Below the pieces are notes generated by a model. That model worked only from the letters and a program-made list of their open reading frames with translations. It ran no database searches and was not told the DNA's origin. Positions 1 through 10,049 of a stretch of DNA of 64,000 nt are shown in pieces. The position numbers and the translations under genes are program-made. The first letter of the stretch is position 1. The number at the start of each line of letters is the position of its first letter. Origin of the DNA: Callorhinchus milii (taxonomy: Eukaryota); assembly GCF_018977255.1 (NCBI RefSeq), contig NW_024704742.1, positions 42,410,001-42,474,000 on the forward strand, given 5' to 3'.

Positions 1-47
1 CACTGCAAACGGCATGTTTTAGTGTTAAAAACAAGTAACTTCCTTAC

Positions 48-159
48 CTTCGGAGAAATCAATTAGACCTAGGAAATGGAGCAATTTGATAGATGCGCAA
101 ATAATCATAACAATGCCCACAGTCTGCAGACCCTCCGACTCCCACTCTGCATTCAGCAT
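48..159 (-). CDS. KCNIP4: Alternative first coding exon of Kv channel-interacting protein 4 (KChIP4e / exon Ie-type, hydrophobic transmembrane N-terminus); gene continues leftwards out of the window
   Basis: Reverse complement reads AAAA ATG CTG AAT GCA GAG TGG GAG TCG GAG GGT CTG CAG ACT GTG GGC ATT...TTC TCC GAA G|GTAAGG, i.e. MLNAEWESEGLQTVGIVMIICASIKLLHFLGLIDFSE plus a phase-1 canonical donor (intron starts at 47). Closely matches the mammalian KChIP4e N-terminus as I recall it (MLTLEWESEGLQTVGIVVIICASLKLLHLLGLIDFSE-D). Confidence 0.9.
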
Positions 160-600
160 TTTTGCACCAAGCAAATCATGCCACTATTCTTTTTACCGGG
201 GCTGAGTAATCCGGTGCTTCTAGTGAGAATAGTTAAAATCCCAAACTGAGCAACTGTGCAGAGGAGGCTACCTTGCCATCGCTACACTTGAACTAATTGC
301 TCACAATGATTGCTCGAAAATGTCATCTGAACCTTGCATACCATGCTTTCATCAGCCGCTGATTTTATTAGTATTGAGTTCTCTGAGAATGCTCCTGTGA
401 CCAGTAACCCTTCAGCACAACTCCACATTCAACAAGAACACTCCCACCCTGCATTTGGAAACATCTGTGAACTGGAGTCAGTGAGAGGCTGCTGTGTCGT
501 TTTTTAAAAAAAGATAATACTGTACAAAAATACGCAACGTGCACTAGGGAGCACACAGCAACTTACTCAGAGCTAAACTCACTATGTTTAAGACACAGTC
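160..600 (-). promoter_or_regulatory. Probable 5' UTR and proximal promoter of the KCNIP4 Ie-type transcript
   Basis: Repeat-free sequence immediately 5' of the ATG of an alternative first exon. The TSS cannot be located from sequence alone. Confidence 0.4.
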
Positions 601-1114
601 AAATCATATTACTTCAACAAAGGATAGTATTATTTTACCCTTGAAATGCCACTAATTTTGATAAGCTTACATTCCCTCCTTTTGACAGACTGATGATGCC
701 TGATTTCATTCAATCCGTTTGCAAGGCAACCTCAAGAAATCAGTTCTCCAGGAACATTGCACATATACACACCACATCTCTTGTCTGATTCTTTGCAAAC
801 AAAATACTGAAATTCAGTGTGCTTCATTTCAATTAAACAATGGAAAACTTGAAACTGGTAGCATCATGGAACAGGGCTCAATGTATCAACTCTGCATGTC
901 CCATACAAACTAACAGCAAGACTGCAGGTGTTGTCAAGAGTTTCTGAAATTCATTTGATATCTTCAAATATGAATTTGATAACAAACTCCCAGGAGACTG
1001 AGTGAACTAGATTCTAAAACAATAGTTTTGCCCTAGCATGCACAGTCTGCCAGGATTTTAGAATCTTTTCTTCAATGAATTGGGTTGAATTGCTTAATGT
1101 CTGTGTCAAGTGAT

Positions 1115-1489
1115 TAATATAATAATAATAATAATAATCCTTGCATTTGATATAACGCCTTACCACGTCTTCTAGACGTCCCAAAGCGCTTCACAGAATA
1201 TAATATAAAGTGAATTGACTGTATATTGTGTGGGTGAATCACGGCAGCCAATTGTGCACAGCAGTGGCCCACAAACAGTTGTGGATTAAGTGACCAAATT
1301 ATTATTTTTTTTGATGCAATTATTACCCCGGAAAAGCGATCTGCCAATCGACTAACAACCGGGTTCCTACTTACTGCTAGGTAAACAAAGACATGTGTAG
1401 TAAGGAAACTTGCCCAAAGTTTTGCTCTGCCCGGGAATCAAACTCTCATTTGCGAGGCGAGTGCTTGAACCACTGAGCTAGAGGACTCC
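1115..1489 (-). mobile_element. tRNA-Ala-derived SINE with L2-type tail, long subfamily, full length
   Basis: Head GGAGTCCTCTAGCTCAGTGGTTCAAGCACTCGCCTCGC (A box, anticodon arm); central TTTGGGCAAGTTTCCTTAC...TTTACCTAGCAGTAAGTAGG; 3' AGCGCTTTGGGACGTC...GACGTGGTAAGGCG stem-loop; (TTA)n tail. Confidence 0.9.
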
Positions 1490-1959
1490 ATTCCTATGGA
1501 ACGCTGTGTCCTTCTTTAATAAAATCATGTATTCGGTGAATAATTTTTGTTCCACACATTAGTTTCTAAGCAAGCCACGTTTAATAGAAGATGCCTTTTA
1601 AATGTGGGAAGAAGTATATCCTATCAAGCCTTGACCTAAATATGTCACTGTCTTTGGGTTTAGTGCAGGTGGTGTAGATGTCCTTTTGTTTCTTGAATTC
1701 TAGAATTGAACTAGATTATTTCTGAAGCTTTAAATAGGATGATAGGAGTATTAAACAACCAGTGCCTCAGGGGCAGTTATCTCAGGGTCAATGATGCAGG
1801 AGGAAAGTTTATGTCCATCAGGAAATAATTGAGCTGTTGTCATAATGCTTACAATTTTTTTTAATGTAACATATTTTTTAACATAACCTAAAAATAAGAA
1901 TTTTACAGTGCCAGATGCTTCCTGCAACAGATATTGATCACAAGAAAGGTTCAGATGAA

Positions 1960-2275
1960 GAATTCCCTCCAGCTCATTTGAACTTATCCTCCGAGAACAC
2001 CCACCCTATTGTCTTAGAATCAAACTGAATTTTAAGTGAGTCCAGTATCTTGTATTAACCATCCTTCTTGGTAACCTGTTCCAGGCATTGATTACACTCT
2101 GGCTAAATAAATACTTCCTGGTTTCTGTCCTAAAATTACCCTTTGCAGCCCCATACCTGTGCCCTTTTGTTCTGCTGTCTTGGTGCATTCAAAAGGATTG
2201 TTTCTGGTTTACTTTCTCAATCCAACTCAAAATCATATACATCTCTATGAGGTCCCCTCTGAGACATCTCCTTCA
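1960..2275 (-). mobile_element. CR1 LINE 3' fragment
   Basis: Translates to SRTKGH...KGNFRTETRKYLFSQSVINAWNRLP, the CR1 ORF2 C-terminal TRGH...FS.RV...WN.LP motif. Confidence 0.85.
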
Positions 2276-3146
2276 AGATGTTACTATTGCACTATTGATG
2301 GCAACATTACACATTATGCTTTTTGCTGCAGACAAGCAAAATAATTCAAAGATCAGTTGAACATGACAAATGCCACCTTTAAACTGGCAAGAAGTAGCCA
2401 AGAAATCTTCCTGCTTATCTCTCAGCACAGGTTCAACCTGAACATAAATAAAATAGAAAAAGAACCTGATGATGCTTAGGTTGCGCACCAGTTAGTGAAT
2501 CTGAGGGATAGCCCAGGGAGGTTGAGGAGGTCAGAACAAACATTGACAGAAGGAGGAGGAAAAGACGTTGGTGGGAGCCAATGAGTATGGTTTCAATTCA
2601 AACATAACACATTTTAAGTTCATGTTTTGAAGTTTATGTACTGACAATTCAATCACACATCCAAGGCCAAAAATTCCACTTGGTCATAATTTAAACCATT
2701 GTATTAAGATTTCAGATTGTGCAGAATTTTGGAATAGATGTCCAGTGGGCCTGATACATGAAATTGGATTTGGACCTCCAGAACTTCAAGGCGGCCGGTT
2801 TGTCCCTGTAAAAATTTCCAACTCACTGACAGTTGTTCACTAAAAAAACGTAGGCTTGGGAAACAGCTGCCGGAGGATGATGGGGTGTATGTTCACAAAA
2901 TGTTGTTCTTAAGATTATAATACGGTGGCTATCCTGATTAATAAGCTAAACAAATGGTGCTGAGACTTTTCACTTCAAACTGGTGGAGTGAGACTGAAAT
3001 AGGTTATCATGCATGTCTTGGTGTACTCTGGAGAAGGATGGCAATACATTTACACAAAGTATGTACAACTGCTCAATATGCTTCTCAGGAGTCATTGTTG
3101 GAACTGACTGTCTGTCAAGTGCAATTGATGCGTCGCAGCTATCATG

Positions 3147-4504
3147 CTACCGGCCCATCTCCAACCTCCCCTTCCTGTCCAAGGTCCTGGAACGAGTTGT
3201 CGCCTTCCAGCTGCGCTCTTTCCTCTCCAACCATTCATTATTTGAACCCCTTCAGTCGGGTTTCCGTGCTGCCCATAGCACAGAAACTGCCCTGGTCAAG
3301 GTCACCAATGACATCCTGACCATCTGTGACCAGGGCTCCCTCTGCCTCCTCGTCCTCCTCGCCCTATCAGCAGCATTCAATACGGCCGACCATGCTATTC
3401 TCCTCCACCGCTTGTCCTCCCACCTAAACCTTCAAGGCCCTGTCCTTGAGTGGTTTAGGTCGTACCTCTCCCACCGTCTTCACTTTGTCTCCACAAATGG
3501 CTTTTCCTCCGGCCCCCGCACTGTCTCGTGCGGTGTCCCTCAAGGCTCTGTCCTCAGTCCCCTCCTCTTCACCCTCTATATGGTCCCCCTTGGTGACATC
3601 ATCCGCAGACATGGGGTTAACTTTCACATGTATGTGGATGACACCCAACTCTACCTTTCCTCCTCTACCCTCAACTCCACGACCACCGATGTCCTGACAG
3701 CTGCCTGTCTGACATCGAGTCCTGGACGAGAGATAACTTTCTCGCACCACAACTGGCACCGCCTTCCATCACCTCCGGAACATCGCCAGACTACGGCATT
3801 ACCTCACCCCTCACGCTGCTGAAACTCTGGTCCACGCCTTTATCACCTCAAGGCTGGACTATGGGAACTCTCTCCTCGCCGGCCTTCCCGGCACCTCCCT
3901 CCACAAGCTGCAGGTCATTCAGAACTCTGCAGCTCGTGTACTGTCCCGCACCAGACACCGCGACCACATCAATCCCACCCTCGCTCGCCTCCACTGGCTC
4001 CCCATTCCCCAGAGGATCGAATTCAAGATCCTCATCCTCATCTACAGGGCCATTCAACGCCTTGCTCCCTCCTACCTCTCCGAACAACTATCCCCCTTCC
4101 TACCTGCCCCGTACCCTCCGTTCCTCTGGCTCCGCTCTGCTCCACATCCCCGCCCCAAACGCACTGCCATCGGTGGCCGGGCCTTCAGCCTCTCAGCCCC
4201 TAGGCTCTGGAACTCTATCCCCCAGTGCCTTCGCCTTGCCTCCTCCCTTTCGTCCTTCAGGGCCGGTCTCAAGACCTTTCTCTTTGACCGTGCCTTCAGC
4301 TCCCCTCTCGACTCTCTACCCCCTCCTCGCTCCCTCCCTTCCCTCCCCTCACCCTGACCATTTCCCCCCTCCTCGCTCCCTCCCTTCCCTCCCCTCACCC
4401 TGACCATTTCCCCCTTGCTCGGGTCCTGACCCAAATGTGCAGCGCCTTGAGACGTCCTCTCGACGTGAAAGGCGCTCAATAAATGGAATCTTGTTGTTGT
4501 TGTT
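3147..4504 (+). mobile_element. 5'-truncated L2 LINE (RT domain to 3' tail), inactive
   Basis: [48 protein letters not shown], and C-terminal LHWLP-type motifs. Internal deletion near 3745 relative to the 37612 copy. 3' stem-loop at 4441-4476 and (TTG)n tail. Confidence 0.95.
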
Positions 4505-4569
4505 CTGATGATCAATTTGTTATCCTGGAATGCAAAGGATATAAGTGGGAGATTTTCTGAAAAGAGCTC

Positions 4570-5110
4570 ACTCAATGGTAACACAGCTGACAAAAACAGA
4601 TTTGAGTTGATCCCACTCTGTGATAAGTGAATACCCGATCTAAGCAAGTCTGTAGTACTCGAGAGGGTACTGCTGATGTTTTAATAGATTGGCTTATCAA
4701 TGGGACTTGAAGGAATAGACACTTGAAGGAGTGACATGCTTGGCAAAGGGAAACCAGAGCTGAGCCAACTCTTTGTGACGGACTCTGTAATCCAGTACCT
4801 GTGCTAGCAGATCTGTAGTACTCTAGTTCTTTCAAGTCCAGATTGGCTTATCAATTGAAGGTGTAGCCAAGGAGCAGGATTCTTCCCACTTAACTATAAC
4901 CCTGAAAGCAAACACCCTAACAGAATAGAAGTTCCGGAGTTAGGTAAGCAGGATGCGACTCTCTGTGGAGAGAGTTCACATTCCTTTCTAACAATTTATC
5001 TATGAAATACCCATGTGTAGATTGGATGCATGGAAATCTGAGTTTGGTTTGGATTCTCTTAAGCATGGTGATGTATTTCCGCATGTGTCAGACACCTGAC
5101 TGACTAAAAA
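4570..5110 (-). repeat. Unclassified dispersed repeat family (family X), degraded copy
   Basis: Reverse complement shares CATCACCATGCTTAAGAGAATCCAAAC, CTCTCTCC...CATCCTGCTTA and CATCAGCAGTACCCT blocks with the copies at 10050-10560 and 53020-53750. Confidence 0.7.
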
Positions 5111-6029
5111 AAATGACCTATTTACTGTTTTTGTAGTTGGTACTTGGTAATACCTCCAAGCAACATCAGTGAAACAACATTTACTTGAGGAGATTTTTGA
5201 TCAAAGCTAAAAAGCTAAAGGCCCCAATCATAGGAATATTCAAGGCTTTAATTGCCTTTATTCATATAACAATTTGTCATTTCCTTTTGCTGTTTCTAAC
5301 ACTTCAGGCAACCCCTTTTGTTTTGTTTTATATTTATTTTCTTTTGTTGTGTTTTTGGGGCAGTGTCCACTCTCATTTGCACAGTAGATCAGCCCGTGAA
5401 CTTTTATTAAATTCATCAATATGAAAATGCCTTTCTGTGGCATCGATTAAATATTTCATTCCATCACTTGCAAGGAAATGTTACCTGTGGATTGGAATAA
5501 AAGGGGATGGAAACATTGTACACTGCAGAAAAAAAATAATAAAAACAGATCGTTTCTTGCGGGGTTGAGCAGTATGCCGCAGGGTGGATCCTGTGATGTT
5601 GTGATATGTTAATTGGCACTGGTAATTCATTTGTCAGTCATGTGACAATTAACACATTGACTAGCCCTGGGTGTGCTGGAGTCCAACCCCCACCTCCACC
5701 CTCCCTCTAACAGCCCTTCTCAATCATCACATCTGAGAATCCAACTGCACCCACATTGCTGTTTTTTGTCTTAACTTAATCTGCGATTCTTGTTAATTGG
5801 GCAGTCATAAACTTGGATTTGAAGCCTGAATGCCCCAGATACCCATAAAGTAACATGAAGAGTTTTTCTAAAATTGTATTTGGTTTTAGTAAGGTAAATC
5901 GAGCAAGACACGATAACAAATTGCATGAATATAGTGCCCTTCACACAGAATAACATCTCAGAACATCTTGCACACTTCCAGTGAACGATGAGTTACAATG
6001 GACAGACCAATAAATTCAGAATTATTAGC

Positions 6030-6230
6030 AGAAGAAAACGGAGAGATCTTAGAAATGCTTGTTAGAATATGGGATTCTCTCTCACAAATGACTGTTGAAG
6101 CTGCTACCAGTAACAGTATTTAGAAGGATAAATACTTGTGAAAGCAATATTAAAGGGCATAGGGAAAAGGCAGGAGAATGGGCTTAGAATAGATAGCTTC
6201 AGTTGATACCCAGCATAAGGTTAATATGTG
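6030..6230 (+). mobile_element. Degraded CR1 3' fragment
   Basis: GTTAGAATATGGGATTCTCT...GGATAAATACTTG...GGGCATAGGGAAAAGGCAGGAGAATGG resembles the CR1 3' ends at 12963-13469 and 18460-18712. Confidence 0.6.
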
Positions 6231-6289
6231 TATGAGGCCATTCGATCCATTTGATCGGTCGAATGGCCTCAAAGCAAAATCTCACAGGT

Positions 6290-6570
6290 AATCATGAAAT
6301 GAATGGTCACTTTATCTTGAGGATTTTTGGCCAGGAGACTGGAAGCAATTCCCCTTTCTTTTTAAATAGTGTCATAGGATCTTCAATATCCAACTGAGGC
6401 TCATTGAATCTTCATTTAATTTCTTGTCTGAAGAACAGCACATCTAAAAATGCAACACTCCCCAGTAATGCACTGGAGTGTTACCTTAGACTATGATCTC
6501 ATGCTCTATCATCGGCTTGAACCCACAACTTTCTGACATAATTATGAGAGTGGTAGCAACTGTCCAGGCC
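6290..6570 (-). mobile_element. DeuSINE (SacSINE1/AmnSINE1-like) remnant
   Basis: AATAGTGTCATAGGATCTTCAATATCC...TGCAACACTCCCCAGTAATGCACTGGAGTG...CTTGAACCCACAAC matches the reverse complement of the Deu domain and tRNA-like head. Confidence 0.75.
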
Positions 6571-7558
6571 AGTGTATAAATATACTGTAAATATATGCGT
6601 TTGTGTCCATAATCTAGATTAGAATATAACTGTAAATTGCATATATATATTGAAAATGTGCATATATACTGCTGATACAATTACATGTAATGTGTTTCTT
6701 TTGAAATGCAATTGGCAGAAACCAGCAGAATTTATTCCATAGTCTATTGTGTTCAATGCGGAAAAGGACATCAATATCATAAACACACAAACACATGCAC
6801 ACACACGCACACATTTGGGATGAATGGAATCTGTTACACATATTAATGATGCTCTTCATCACTTCAGAAAATAGATCAATTGATAAACTCAGAGAGAAAC
6901 CCTAGTACACAAGAAAGTATTGTAACCACTTGGAAGCACAAGGAAGAACATCAGTTACCATGAGGCACTAGACTGTAGGAGCTCAATGCTCTCTGAATAC
7001 TAATAGTGGGTTTACACTGAGCTCATAGCTGCAGGGCCAGGAGCTGCGCAGGAGGAAGTATTGCGACAGCTTTACATTAAAGCTATGTCTCTTTCCCAAT
7101 CCAGGTCCATGTCTGTACAGAATGCCTGGCATCACATAGCTGGCAATTATCAGCCAGAACCACAGTTGGGTTACAGCCATAAATCCGTCAACCTAAATGG
7201 CCCTTTTTCATTGAGAATTGGCTTGTAATGATAGGATGCACGTCCATTCCCAACCTAAATGCACCATAAATTGCTACTTTTCTGAAAGAACATTGGCTCT
7301 TAAAGTAAACTGAGAGCAATACTTTCAGATCTTCTGAGACAGTAGAACAAGAGGGCACAGGTTTATGGTTGCAATAGACAATTTCAGTATAGACACCAGC
7401 AGAGGAATTAAAAAGTGACATGGGAAGGGTGTTTAAGTCAAGGGTCTGGACTCATTTAAAGGATGGCTGTAACAGGAGGATGGTTGGGTGGGATGAAAGG
7501 GTCGAATGGCTTTCTTCATTTCAAACTTTTTTGTGATCTTGCGAATAAAGCCAATCCC

Positions 7559-7560
<2 letters not shown>

Positions 7561-7601
<41 letters not shown>

Positions 7602-7896
7602 TTTGCATTTGATATAGCGCTTTTCACGTCGGTAGGATGTCCCAAAGCGCTTCACAGAACACACTGTAAAGTGAATTGACTGTATATTTGCGGGCGAAAC
7701 TTGGCAGCCAATTGCGCACACCAGTGTCCCACAAACAGTCATGGATTGAAAATGACGATTTATTGTTTTGTTTTGGAGGGATTATTATTAGGCGTGTGGA
7801 GTAAGGAAACTTGCCCAAGGTTTCGCCCTGCCTGGAATTGAACCCAGGTGTCTCGCTTGCAAGGCGAGTGCTCTAACCACTGAGCTACAGAATTCC
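7561..7896 (-). mobile_element. tRNA-Ala-derived SINE, short subfamily, young full-length copy
   Basis: Near-identical (inverted) to 48698-49022. Intact A box TAGCTCAGTGG, anticodon loop CTTGCAA, B box GGTTCAATTCC and long (TTA)n tail. Confidence 0.93.
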
Positions 7897-9279
7897 ACAA
7901 TGGAGCATGTCAAAGGCATTTAGAGAACACCATATTTTTTACAACACAACTTCAAACTGTGCTTCACTTTCAGATTGTGAGCAAAAAATGTGAATGATTC
8001 TTATGCTAAGTAATACACTTGAATGTCCAGGACGTGTACAATGTAAAATAACTTCCCTTTGGGGCGATTAGGTTTCAATAATTCAGGATCGATTGCCCCC
8101 GAGAAGCAATTATTTGTAAAGAGGTACAATACTTTAGACTGAAATACATGGATGGTAGCTTAACTATGTTGTTAAACACCACTCTGTTGCCTATAGACAG
8201 AAGCAAAGAAAACATTTTCCTCAATTGTTTTTCTGGGCTAAATGTCTTATTTTGGCAAGAAAGGATTAATCCTGGCATTTTACATTTCAAAAGTACTGTT
8301 CAGAGACACATATGGCCATCCCTTCTCCTGTCACCAATTTACAATATGTTCCATCTTATTCAATACATGTTGTTAAGGTACTTAGAGTGTTTTCCAAAGT
8401 GGCAGTCTTCAATGAAGATTGTGAGCACTAAATGATGCATTTTACACTACAGCTGCCAGCAATTCTGGATAAAACTAATCTCAAAATGGGACAATTAGGG
8501 ATCTTTGCAGACAAATCTATGGGGACATATTTGAAGTGAAGGAGCATCTGGCACCTCTGTTTATCTATATCTGATTACAAAATCAAATCAAACTTCATGA
8601 ATCCATTTCAATGGGATGTTGTGCTATCCGCAGAATTACAGTTAATAAATCTGCTCACTTACTGTGTCATTCAATTAGTTTGAAATCTCCTGTCTTTCCT
8701 TTATCACAAAACTGTGAGGGAAAACTTAAGAAAGTTGCTTCCTCAAGTTCCAAATGCATTAAAACGATCTCTATTGGAGTAAAAATGAAGAGCCAAATTT
8801 TTCTCTCACATTTACCTGTTTTTTGCAGAACTCTGCATCTCACAGACAAAGTCGCAGTATTCAGTGCGTGGATGACAGTGGGACAGGTTTCTGAGGCCGC
8901 TCTCGGTTCTGAACGTGTCCTGATTGTGACTAAAGCAGATTTCACATTCCATTTTTAACACTGTGTTTATACTGCTGGGAATGAAGCGCTGCTGCTCTCA
9001 GCAATACAGAATCACAGCCGGATGCCTGATTTGCACTTTGCGTACAAATCATATTTCATCGAGGTCATAAAAAAAGCAGAATCAGATATTTCGCTTCTCA
9101 TTTATCAAAGAGATGGGTTGGGAATTGAGAGGCAGATAGATTCATAGCGCTATGCACAACCAGAAAAGATCATTGCAGACTTATCTGGCCCATCCAAAAA
9201 TGTTAAAAATGTTCTTAAAAAATAAACAAACAAAATATTTATTCAAAGAGATTTGTTGATAACTATTGACAGACTAAAT

Positions 9280-9436
9280 GGACATGAGTACAGTGTGATA
9301 AGCACCAATTGTGTCTCTGTACTGAGTGCGAATCCCATCCATTGCCCCATGATGCCACCTCTTCCAATGTTTTGTTTTGGTCAGCAGGGAATCTGACACA
9401 CCAGAAACCCATCAACATGCTTAAGAGTATCCAAAG
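9280..9436 (+). repeat. Family X, left part of a copy interrupted by two L2 insertions
   Basis: AAACCCATCAACATGCTTAAGAGTATCCAA (9405-9434) is identical to 43363-43392. The copy resumes at ~10050. Confidence 0.7.
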
Positions 9437-9765
9437 CAACAACAACTTGCTTGACTGTGGTGGAGCACAACACCGAGCCAGGGGGAGGGTAAGGTGGAGC
9501 TGACCGTAGGCACGATAGAATAGGAAAGTCTTCAGATGCAACCTGAAGATGGGGAAGGAAGGGGCAAGGTGGAGGGTTAGAGGAAGAGTTTTGGGGTGTA
9601 GTGGCTGAAAACGCAGCCAAGAATGGTGGAATGGAGGGCATGAGAGACATGCAGAAGACCGGAGCCAGTTGAGCAGAGGCAGCGGTTGTGTTTTTGGGAA
9701 ACAGGTCAAAGAAGCAGGGATGTGCCAGGGCATGAAGGGATTTCTGGCTAGAACTGGTGTGATGG
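9437..9765 (-). mobile_element. Old L2 3' fragment
   Basis: (CAA)n tail at 9437; reverse complement contains CAGGTTGCATCTGAAGACTTTCC...TCGTGCCTACGGTCA (FRLHLKTFLF.RAY), the L2 ORF C-terminus. Confidence 0.8.
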
Positions 9766-9784
9766 GGGTACAGAGTTTAATCAG

Positions 9785-10038
9785 CATCGGCACTCGGGCC
9801 TTCAGTCTCTCAGCTCCCATTCTCTGGAACTCCATCCCACAATCACTTCGCCTCGCTTCTTCCCTTGCGTCCTTCAAGGCACGGCTAAAGAACCTCCTCT
9901 GTGACCATGCATTCAGCCACCCTCCTAACCCCACCCTCCCCACTCCCTGATCCCGACCCCCAACCCCCGCTTGTGTCCTAATCCCTGACTGTTCAGCACC
10001 TTGGGACGTCCACCTGTAATTTTGTATTGTATTGTATA
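9785..10038 (+). mobile_element. L2 3' fragment with (TTGTA)n tail
   Basis: [35 protein letters not shown], then GCACCTTGGGACGTCC and TTGTATTGTATTGTA. Confidence 0.88.
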
Positions 10039-10049
10039 TTTCACCTGCA

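Noticed and set aside
555..575. Minus-strand donor-like TGA|GTAAGT upstream of the KCNIP4 exon
   Set aside because: Such hexamers are common, and there is no supporting acceptor or exon evidence without transcripts.
3013..3822. 269-aa ORF as a functional reverse transcriptase gene
   Set aside because: 5'-truncated L2 read in from unrelated flank, with a frameshift, an internal deletion and a mutated catalytic motif. It is a dead TE fragment.
7433..7818. ORFs with poly-Ile/poly-Tyr tracts and recurring NIQSIHFTV..VKRF peptides
   Set aside because: Chance translations of SINE bodies and (TTA)n tails; the recurrence reflects SINE copy number, not a gene family.
8821..8837. 17-mer TTTTGCAGAACTCTGCA repeated at 25596-25612 (there part of an 11-bp-arm palindrome)
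   Set aside because: One exact 17-mer match in 64 kb of AT-rich DNA is not clearly beyond chance, and the flanks do not align.
9437..10038. Twin-priming 5' inversion of a single L2
   Set aside because: Both halves contain the same 3'-terminal region with different tails and divergence, so they are two independent insertions.
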